NCBI GenBank assembly: GCA_977017575.1
Contig: CDRNVI010000012.1
Coordinates: forward strand, 682,001 to 746,000
Source: Paramoeba atlantica
Taxonomy: Eukaryota > Protista > Discosea
Reading direction: 5' to 3'
Length of the DNA: 64,000 nt
Position 1 is the first letter of the stretch. Each line of letters starts with the position of its first letter. Shown piece by piece: positions 1 to 9,163 of the stretch. The position numbers and the translations under genes were made by a program. The notes below the pieces were generated by a model. It was given only the letters and a program-made list of their open reading frames with translations. It had not been told where the DNA came from and ran no database searches.

Positions 1-470
1 ACCTTTGTTTTTTTGAAGACCTTTGTTTTTTTGAAGACCTTTGTTTTTTTGAAGACCTTTGTTTTTTTGAAGACCTTTGTTTTTTTGAAGACCTTTGTTT
101 TTTTGAAGACCTTTGTTTTTTTGAAGACCTTTGTTTTTTTTTTGAAGACCTTTGTTTTTTTGAAGACCTTTGTTTTTTTGAAGACCTTTGTTTTTTTGAA
201 GACCTTTGTTTTTTTGAAGACCTTTGTTTTTTTGAAGACCTTTGTTTTTTTGATGACCTTTGTTTTTTTGAAGACCTTTGTTTTTTTGAAGACCTTTGTT
301 TTTTTGAAGACCTTTGTTTTTTTGAAGACCTTTGTTTTTTTGAAGACCTTTGTTTTTTTGAAGACCTTTGTTTTTTTGAAGACCTTTGTTTTTTTGAAGA
401 CCTTTGTTTTTTTGAAGACCTTTGTTTTTTTGAAGACCTTTGTTTTCTTGAAGACCTTTGTTTTTTTGAA
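1..470. repeat. 18-bp minisatellite array (GAAGACCTTTGTTTTTTT)n, about 26 units, runs off the window start
   Basis: Tandem unit directly visible; the ORF 13..567 (KTFVFL)n is its translation artefact. Confidence 0.97.
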
Positions 471-1085
471 TATTCTTCAAAATTATGGCGAAGGCGTCCG
501 GGCCTTGCGAGAAGAGTATAGTGAATCTTCTAGTACGGTCCACGTTAGGTCGGGGTGTCCTTTTTGAACCAACTTTAGATTTTGATGGACATGCTAAACT
601 TCGCCTGCGTACTGTGATGAGAATATGTAAAATTTTTCGTCCTGGCGACTGCATCGCGCTGTGCTGGCGATATGCGGGGGCTGCGGAGTATCGGATTTGG
701 AGGGGGGCTGTCACACAGAGAGGTTATGGGTCTCTCTTTCAGCTAGGTCGCTGGCGGGTGAAATACTACCGGCGATCGGAAACGCTTCCTTTCCCGCCGT
801 ATGACCCACGTATAGTGCTGTGTGGGGTGCGAATTCGGAAACCTCGACGTTCGAATACCCGAAAGAAAGTACGTAAAAATAGGGCACTGTGTGGCAAGCA
901 TGCTCTTCGCGACAACGACCCTGAAGGGTCTGCTGTGAGGAAGTATTTATCTATAGGAACTCTTAACACGACTTCGTTGAAACTTAAGGGCGACGACGTT
1001 TTCAGACTGAAAGCATCCTCCCGATTACATGAAACATTGCGATATATGGCTCAGAAAGATTTGAATGTTCTGGCTTTACAGGAAA

Positions 1086-1523
1086 GAATTGCTCTCCGGG
1101 AAAGAAACATTAATTTCACAAGTACATACTACTCGAGTCCTAATATTAATCTGCTATTGAAATATCTCAAAATATTTTAACATACATGTATTTCTCATTA
1201 TCTTTTAAACCTACTATCCATCTGTATGCTGAATTTCCAATATGATGCATCTTTCATTATTTGTACGCAAAATAATCAAATATTTTATACCTATCCTTTT
1301 CACCTCCCAGAGAGATATACATCCCTCCCTATCGCGAACGGGTGTCCACGCGGGGACCACCATACAAAAAGTTTTGTATGGAGAAAAAACACTTCTTCAA
1401 ATAAAGGCGATAATCGTATGGACTAAACTGCAAATTCAATCATTCTAAATACAAGCGTACAATGCCCGCCGGCCATTTATCGGCGTATAAATCCCTTCGA
1501 ACAATTCTATTCGTAAACTTCTA
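1086..1523 (-). mobile_element. ORF-less YR-element derivative (A + B terminal repeats, no spacer)
   Basis: Starts GAATTGC and contains CGAACGGGTGTCCACGCGGGGACCACC and CGTACAATGCCCG..GGCCA, ending TTCGTAAACTTCTA. These match the B and A repeats of the element at 50297-55091. Confidence 0.8.
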
Positions 1524-4390
1524 CAAGATTCTCTTTTACTTCTAGCGGTGGGTCTGACATTTTGCGCAGGCAACTACGGTACGGAGATAAACACTTTTTC
1601 ATCTACCTTTTGTCGGCGGTGAATGGGTACAACGGTATGGGGTTTATCTCTCAGCATCCGTTTTTGAAGGTTTGGAAGGTGAGTGACAGGATCATGGGGG
1701 CCGAGTTTACTATAGAAGGGGGGTCGGCCTTTATCATGAATGTATATGGGCCGACGCGCGATTCTTCACAAGATGCAATGGAAGAGTTTGACATTTCTCT
1801 CACCACTGCGTTTCATGACGCAGTTGGTAAATATTCACGACGGCCAGCTCTTCTCCTTGGAGATTTGAATGCACCGCTCACTTTTAAAAATAAGACAGAA
1901 GAGGACGCGCTATCAATGGAAAGATTAGAAGGCCTTTTAGAAGGCATAAATTGTAAATCGGGGCACATCTTATGCCCAAGCCGCCGTAAATATACATGTA
2001 TACTGCCGAACGATGCTAAGCGACAGCTCGATCACATTGCAGTGTGTTCGCGCTTTGCGTCTGCCCTACATAAACATCAAGTTTTTGGCGCACCAACACC
2101 AACTGTACACTTTCTGGTGAGAGCCGAGATCAAGATCAAATGGAAAGTTTCCACAAATACCCACAGAAATAAGATTCCCTGGCTTCAACTTTCTAACCCA
2201 GAACATAGTGAAAAATTTAACAAACGAATCTGCGATTATGTCAAAGGCGAACTGCACAACAAGGATTTCCCTTCCTGGGATCTTCTTGCCTCTTGCCTTC
2301 GATCGTCTGGCAGGGAAATTCCGAAACCACAAAACAAAATATCTCTTGAAATCGATTCGCCAATGGAAACGCTCGAAGGAACCGAAACTGGTTATTTGCG
2401 CAGAATCTTTGAGCTAAGCAGAAAACACAAGGACTTCAATGAATTGGTTTTACAAACACAGGTGCCAATAGAGGAAGCAATAGCCAAATCATGTGATGTC
2501 CTGGAAACTAAACTAAAGAAGAATCATGCCAGCCTATGGAGAGCTCTGAAAGAAATATGTGGAGTTCATCGCGCCGATTTTAAGATTTCAGGGACCTGTA
2601 ATAAACAAAAGCTGGCGGAAATCAAATCATTCTTCGAAGCCTTTGCGGGAGACGCCGGGGGGGACACGAATATAAAATTTCCTGAGGCCAAACCATCCCC
2701 TAACACGATTAACGACTCCACTTTTACGGAAGATGAGCTTCAAATTGGCATCTCACACTTTGGTAGAGGAAAATCGCCAGGAAAAGACGAAATCCCAATG
2801 GAAGCCTTGAAATGTATAGCTGGTAACGAGTTACTTCGAGATTGGCTGCTATGTGTCATAAACAGAGTTCACGATACCGGGATGGCTCCGGATGTTTGGG
2901 GTGATGTCTTACAAGTTCCTATACCAAAGAAGGGTGATTTGAGTCTTCTTAAGAACTGGCGACCTATTTGCTTAGTGAATTGCATCGTCAAACTAATGAA
3001 CAGTTTAATCTTGCAACGAATGAGACCTTATGTGGAGCCCGTGCTTCGCGAGAATCAATATGGGTTTCGACCAGATCGCTCAACAACTCAAGCCCAGGCG
3101 ATTCTCAACGAAGCAAGAGTTAAAGCTTTGCGGGAAAATGGGCTCAACATTGGTTTCGTGGATTTTGCAAAGGCTTTTCCATCTGTTTCGTTTGATGCTA
3201 TCAGGGCATCTCTGGTAGCATTTCACATTGGCCCCAAGTTAGTAGAAATGATTATGTCGGTCTATCGCAATATGAGAGGCGTCGTTCGTACACCGTATGG
3301 GCTAACGGAAGCTTTCCCCATCACGACAGGAATTCTACAGGGCGACGTTCTCGCACCGTACCTCTTTGTTATGGTCCTGGATCGAATATTATTTAAGGCA
3401 ATAGATTCAAAACCCCACGGCATCTTATTATCATCCAAGGGTACGAGGAGCAGAGGGTTACGGGAAACGCGGCTCACTGATCTGAATTATGCTGACGATT
3501 TGCTCCTATTTGGGAGCGACAAGGAAGACTTGCAAAGCATGATGGAAGATACAGCAGAGCAAGCCCTTGCTGCGAATTTAAATATTGCTGTGGGGCCCAC
3601 CAAAACCGCCTGGATGAGCATAGGAAAAAATAACAACATCGAAGAAATAATATCCGATACATTGGGAAAGGTTCCACACGTCGAGAGTTACCGTTACCTA
3701 GGGCACCTTTTTCATGAACAGGACCCCAAGGCGTGCATTAGGGACAGGGTGCGGCTTACCTGGGCAAGCTTCTCAAATTTTCAAGGAATATGGATATCAC
3801 CACTATCTGTGAAAACTAAACTTCGCCTTTTCGATACACTGGTTTACCCCGTTCTGAACTATAACTCAGGTACTCTTGTATTGACGGATAAAACGTTAAA
3901 TTGGGTAGACATTCAGGTAAACAAAATGCGTCGCATCATATGTCGTTGCCCAAAATTGGACCACCGTGGGAAAAGTATACCTCTTACAGCCCTTTACGTT
4001 GACACACCGTTATTCTCCACACTACATAAGGTAAACCGGGCACGACTTCTAGGGCACCTGATAAGACATTCGGAGATATATTCCGAGCTTGTGCAGTGGA
4101 ACGTTAAAGAAAAAAGCAGGATTCATTCTCCTTCTGAAGCCTGCATGGGCGATATGGGGATCATGATTGAACAAGCATTGGTCTATGCAGGGGATCGAAA
4201 ATATTGGCAGACCCAAGTTGAGAATCTGCAAGCTAGCCTTGGGCGCAAGAAAACATACGTGAGCTATCGGGGAAAAGGTTGGCATAAGGTTACCTCAACA
4301 GCACTTCGGGATACCAATTTATCGGATCTTCAGTATGCGGAGGAAGGCACCACGCCATTTATAATCGAAATCCACGCCGAGGGGGCTCCA
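1524..4390 (+). CDS. Central part of the LINE ORF (C-terminal APE, RT, thumb); joins in frame to 485-1085 and to about 4804-5430
   Basis: ORF 1562..4393. Junction A|CA at 1085/1524 restores LQETR in frame. Confidence 0.88.
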
Positions 4391-4803
4391 TGAAACTTAT
4401 AAGTAACAAACAAATATAAGTAAATACATATGACTAATATAATCACACTTCCAAATCGTCCCAAAATCAAAGAACACATAATACGATATATAGATAGAAT
4501 TCACATGCACAAACATAGTTCAAAAGAAAGCCTGCATAGAACCAATAATAATGTGTCACGTTGTTAACGGGGTTCCCCCCCACCGGAACCCTCGGCCAAA
4601 TGGCTGGGGGCTTGGTGGGTGGGCACAAAAACTTAAAGTGAAGTAAAATAACAACCTAACAAGGATATATAAGATAATAGTAAATACCCATCCCATGTAA
4701 AATTCTGAATACAAATCATAATTCGAAGAAACTATGTGCCCCGAAGGGCCAGCAGGCAAATATATAACAGCCCCTCGGCTAAATTTCAAAACGTGGACTA
4801 TTA
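4391..4803 (-). mobile_element. Solo YR footprint (A-spacer-B); boundaries uncertain by about 3 nt
   Basis: G-rich spacer TGGCTGGGGGCTTGGTGGGTGGGC at 4601-4624. The A-like end (minus TAATAGTCCACGTTTTGAAATTTAG) aligns with the YR1 A start TATAAGTATACGTTTAGAAATTTAG and shares GGCCCTTCGGGGCAC. Confidence 0.72.
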
Positions 4804-5430
4804 GACGAAGGTGCTTTACATATTTATTCTGATGCATCGGTGAGTTCTGGGTTTATTGGGAAAATGGGGCTGGGAATGGTTGAAGTACAATGTGGGAAGG
4901 AAGTGTCAAGCTTTGCCATTTGCAAGGAAACTTTAGGCTGCGGCTCGCCGGAGAGGGCGGAACTATATGCGGCACTAACAGCCATACAAAGGGCACCACA
5001 AGATAGGGAAAGAATCATACTGCATACGGATTCCTGAGTAGTTTGGCATTTTTCAAATGTGATTAGAAAAAAGTATTATTTGATTGGTTTTGAAGGCCTT
5101 CCAAATAGCGATATATATTTGGATCTGGAACACGCTTTTCGAGGCTTAGAAGCGCGTAGTGTGCAGCTTTTTGTTTTTAAGGTGAAAGGTCACTGCGGAA
5201 ATATTTACAACGAGAAGTGCGATTTAATAGCCAAAGCAGCTCTTTCGCGCAACTCTTCGAAGAAAAAGCGCAAAACCTCCGCCGCGACAAGCGAAGGCCA
5301 AAATCCTGATCTCCTTTCCGAGCCTGGCATGCCAGAGGTAGCAAGGATCTCTAACACCAGTGCCAATTGTCGCCGCGGTAGTCTACGGGACGGGAATCAA
5401 ACAGCCCAAGCAAAGCGTCGCCCCCGCTAG
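4804..5430 (+). pseudogene. RNase H domain of the LINE, with in-frame TGA at 5035-5037
   Basis: DEGALHIYSDAS...ERAELYAALTAI...ILHTDS*VVWH...KVKGHCGNIYNEKCD in one frame. Confidence 0.8.
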
Positions 5431-5909
5431 AAACCACGAAATGCGGCCACCTACCAGGGCAAGCGATCACTGAGCTGTATGCAGTGGGGAAGGTATTGGG
5501 GGGAAATTTCCACTTGAAAAATAAGTTGCTCGAAAGTAATATGAGGAAATTTAAGAATGAATATAGATAAATACTTAACTAACTCTATGGAGTTAGTGTA
5601 GAGTGAGTGAGTGAGTGAGTGTGACGCAGTTCAACTTTCGAAAGCATTTACCCGGCTCCAAGCCCTGTTGAAAGACTTTAGCCTCGTAGTATCAACGCAC
5701 AAATGCTTGTGGTTTGGAGGGATGGGAAAAGTACCTATGCCTCAAGAGTTATGCGATGCAGAGGTAAGAAATGCGGAACACACATTGAAGACTTTAGGCG
5801 CATTCATTGGGGAGGACTCTAAGATCAGTGAGCAACTTCTTACTTCTCTCCAGAAACACAACGACATTTTCCGTCGTCTGAAACTCATGGGGTTAAACAA
5901 TACTTCTGC

Positions 5910-6352
5910 GAATTTTTTTTTTCTTTTTTTTTTTAAATTTTCTTTTTTTGCAATTAATAAGGGGGGGAGAAGTATGAATCGCGGCATTGCCTCTATATTT
6001 TGACCCAGTAGACGAACCAAGTAGGTCCATTGGGGGGGGGGGTATACGAGTTGAAAACAAACAATCAAATTAGCAATTCTTTTTCTGTCCACAGATGTAC
6101 CTTTTTTCTCAGCCCAAAACTAGCAATTTAGTCTCCCCTAAGTATATACTACAAACAAGAAAAACAGTAAAAATTAAAACAAGCAATCCATGCCCAATCC
6201 ATTCGCGCGTTCCGGACCGGATCTTTCGACCTCTCCACGGCCTGACTTGTGAACCCTTCCCTTGTTATATGGGAGGGCGCAGGCGCGGGCCTGTGTCGAC
6301 AGCGACACGGTCGCGAAACAGGATGCTGGCCGACGGGGAGGAGATTCACTTC
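5910..6352 (-). mobile_element. 5'-truncated copy of the CRE element 3' UTR with poly(A)
   Basis: Near-identical to 57895-58300, the 3' UTR of ORF 58456..62301; T-run at 5910-5949 is the poly(A) on the minus strand. Confidence 0.85.
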
Positions 6353-6379
6353 CTCTTTTTTTTTTTTTTTTTTTGCTTA

Positions 6380-6740
6380 GTACTTTTTTTTTTTTTTTTT
6401 GACTTTATATATGTATGTACGGTATGACTTTCTCACTTACTTTCCTACTTGCTCAACTTCTTTCCCTAACTTCCCCCCATTTTGAAAACGAGCAAAATAT
6501 AAAACTAGTAAATGCATGCTTTCCCATCTTACCCACTTCCCCTTACGAATCTTTCCAGCTTTCCAGGGAGGGTAAGGTCTCCCTCTGCTAGGAGGGGCAG
6601 ACTTTCCCCTAACCATTCGCGCGTTCCGGACCGGGTCTTTCGACCTCTCCCAGCTTGCCTTGTTAACCCTTCTCTTGTTGTACGAGAGAGCGCAAGCAAT
6701 GGGCCTGTGCCGACAATTTTTTTTTTTTTTTTTTTTTTAA
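6380..6740 (-). mobile_element. Diverged variant copy of the CRE 3' UTR module
   Basis: Contains CCATTCGCGCGTTCCGGACCGGGTCTTTCGACCTCTCC at about 6613-6650 and a pyrimidine-rich tract like 57590-57660. Confidence 0.65.
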
Positions 6741-6762
6741 ACAAAAAGGGGGTATTAAGCAA

Positions 6763-7613
6763 TTTTTTTTTTTTTTATTCTGTAATACGATCTATAACTT
6801 TTCTCTCTCCGTATCCCCCTAACGGGGATTCTGACTTTCTTCACTCACTTTTCAAATCGCGAGGAATTGGGTGGCCCGAATGTCGCTGCTGGTTGTCATC
6901 CGTTGAAGTCGTGGCGCAGAAAACCTCACGAGCGAATTCACAAATGGTCCGAGCAGAAAGAAATTTTAGAGGCTCAAGAACTATCTGCAAATCCACTGCC
7001 GAGAGATGCGGTCCGGTACATCGAGAATACACCGATTTTCGTTTCCTGAGCAGAAAAGGATTTTTGGCGCTCGAAAGAAACGCAAACATGATGTTAACCC
7101 AACGTCCCATACGCAAACTCTGCGCAGCAGCTTTACGAATTGTACCTGTCGTCACGCACGTCGACTTGTCCCTCGGCACTTCGACATCCGTTGAAATCAT
7201 AGCGCAAAGAACCCCGCAAAGAATGATTTGGCACATGGTCCGAGCAGAAAGAGATTTTAAAGGCTCAAGAACTATTTGCGACACATCCGTTGCCGAGATA
7301 TGCGAACCTGCCCACCGAGAATACACCAACGCATTCTGTTTCCTGAGCAGAAAAGGACTTTTGGCGCTCGAAAAAAACATAAACTTGATGTCATTCCAAT
7401 GACCGATCCACACAAATTGTGCAACAACTCCATGGATTTCGTCGAACAATTCCCACGTTGACGTGTCCGAAGGCACTCTACTTCCTCGAAATCCTCCACG
7501 CACTCCGATCGTCGCTTGCGGCGCCCCAGCGCCCAGGTACATAAAAGTGAAGGTTGTCAGAATAAGAAAAAGAAAATCAACAAGGTACAGAAACTGTATC
7601 TTTATCGTTAAAG
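6763..7613 (-). other. Processed retrocopy of an SL-trans-spliced, polyadenylated RNA with about 295-bp internal repeats (ORF 7542->6841, 233 aa, unknown function)
   Basis: SL at 7613->7578, ATG at 7542, stop at 6841, poly(A) at 6776->6763; four GAGC-N17-GCTC motifs. Confidence 0.75.
7578..7613 (-). other. Spliced-leader exon copy (36 nt)
   Basis: CTTTAACGATAAAGATACAGTTTCTGTACCTTGTTG, not followed by a GT intron. Confidence 0.88.
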
Positions 7614-8970
7614 AAATTGTTGTCAAAATGCGTTAACGTCCGACAAAGATATCAAATGCGGGTGCACCATCCCGATGCTTCGGAGGCATTGACAGAACGT
7701 TTTGATAAAGAGGTGGAAGACGTTCTACAATCCTGGTTCGGATCACTCACAAAGGAGCAAATAACGCAAATCAGGCTACCGGTGAAGAAAGGCGGGTTAG
7801 GTTTAACAGCGTGCCTTCCAACGAGACATGCCGCTTTTGAATCTTCATGGTTTTCGGTTTTTGAGCGCCCAAAAAATCTTTCAGCTCGGACTGAACAACG
7901 TGAAGTAAACGCAAGCGACAGCGCCCACAGCGACAAGGACAAAAACGTGCCATTCGACGAACACACAGTAGCGGCAAAACTACATACGCAGGCGTGGGAA
8001 TCTTTAACATCATCGACAGCGAATAGTGCCTCCATCCTGAAAGCGGTAAGTTACACGGGTAATGCAGAATGGGTTATGTCCAATGCAAAATTTGTGCCCT
8101 CGCATTTGTTCTCGCTTGCAATGATGCCGAGATTGGGTATTGCTCATCCGAGTCTACCTAAGCAATTGCTCTGCCCTGGTTGCAAAATGCTACTAGAATC
8201 GCAAACAATTTTAACACACATCCCCGGGTGTTCGAAGTGCCCAGGCTTAAACGCAACTACAAAACATAATTCGCTAGTCAATTTTCTTTACGAGCTCTGT
8301 TTGAAGGCAGGCATTCCATGCGAAAAAGAACCGCGTAATTTCTCGACATATGCGTGCACGCAGTGTAACCAGAAAGTGGACTCCGATTACCGGCGGACGC
8401 ATGAAAAGGTATGCGGTGGTCGTTCTTTTCGAAGATCAGGACCTGACCTTGTCGTTTTTTGGAATACAGGGGAAATTTTTTATGATTTCACCGTAATTCA
8501 TGAATTAGCGCCATCGAACCTAGGTACAAACTGTGCAAAGCTGTTTCGTGATGCCATCAAACGAAGGCATGACACTTACGTCCGACCCGGCACAATTCCT
8601 GAGGACATGTTCAGATGCATTCCAATGCTGTCAGGGGGGGCGCTTCACCACAACACGAAGTCCCTTCTGAGTGCTCTAGCAGATGCGTGCTGTCTCCCCC
8701 GGAAGCAAGTACACCTCGAATTTCAGCTCCACCTGCAAGAGTTAAATGGGGCCGTTGTGCATTCACAGCTGAGGTCTTTTCTGGAGAAGGATAAGGGTGC
8801 CGCAGAGTTGGGAATTTAGAGTTGGAGATCCATGGTCAAAAGAGAATCCGAACTTCTAATCGATATTAGAAGCTAAGTCAGACTGCATAATTTACAAAAA
8901 GGAAAACATATGATCTACTCAGTGGGTATTAAACATATTATTATAAGAGTTTTCCAAGCGCAAGAAAATA

Positions 8971-9090
8971 CTTAACAAAAGAAAGGGTCTTAACAAAAGA
9001 AAGGGTCTTAACAAAAGAAAGGGTCTTAACAAAAGAAAGGGTCTTAACAAAAGAAAGGGTCTTAACAAAAGAAAGGGTCTTAACAAAAGA
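8971..9090. repeat. 18-bp minisatellite (CTTAACAAAAGAAAGGGT)6+
   Basis: Perfect tandem units between a REL 3' UTR and an SL-capped REL element. Confidence 0.95.
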
Positions 9091-9127
9091 CTTTCATGCA
9101 AGCAATGCCAGCCACACGCAAGAAGAC

Positions 9128-9163
9128 CTTTAACGATAAAGATACAGTTTCTGTACCTTGTTG
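9128..9163 (+). other. Spliced-leader exon copy at the 5' end of REL-A
   Basis: Identical 36-mer, 22 nt upstream of ATG 9186 (MGVTTRAKAKE). Confidence 0.9.

Larger units (their letters stand above)
485..5620 (+). mobile_element. APE-type non-LTR retrotransposon (APE-RT-RNase H), interrupted by two YR footprints
   Basis: APE motifs IGTLN, LQETR (after removing 1086-1523), VYGP, GDLNA, LDHI; RT motifs RPICL, QYGFR, GILQGDVLAPYLF, YADD; RNase H motifs IYSDAS, RAEL, HTDS, KVKGH..NEKCD; (GAGT)n near 5600-5620 is a probable 3' tail. Confidence 0.9.
5620..8819 (+). mobile_element. 5'-truncated REL-family (CRE-like) element in two halves: 5620-5908 and 7614-8819
   Basis: Left half ends MGLNNTSAN and right half begins LLSKCVNVRQ, as in paralogs (NNVSCNLLSRCINVRQ). 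C-terminus has CPGC..HIPGCxxC..KHN and RSGPDLVVFW..YDFTVIHEL. Confidence 0.85.

Noticed and set aside
13-567. Long repetitive ORFs over the 18-bp arrays (also 8919-9101 and 49826-50330)
   Set aside because: An 18-bp stop-free unit is open in several frames on both strands; there is no evidence of coding.
1086-1523. Frame-restoring AT-rich inserts as introns (also 4391-4803 and 19350-19810)
   Set aside because: They lack GT-AG ends and match YR terminal repeats in antisense orientation.
6240-6325. Hammerhead ribozyme, tRNA or 7SL in the GC-rich repeat
   Set aside because: No CTGANGA core is positioned with the GAAA, and there is no cloverleaf or SRP helix-8 motif; the sequence is contiguous with the CRE ORF 3' end.
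7272-7499. LRR-like peptide VLFCSGNRM in an alternative frame of the SL retrocopy
   Set aside because: That frame has stops in both repeat units; the similarity is too short.
9128-9163. SL RNA gene
   Set aside because: No copy is followed by a GT donor or a shared intron sequence; downstream sequences all differ.
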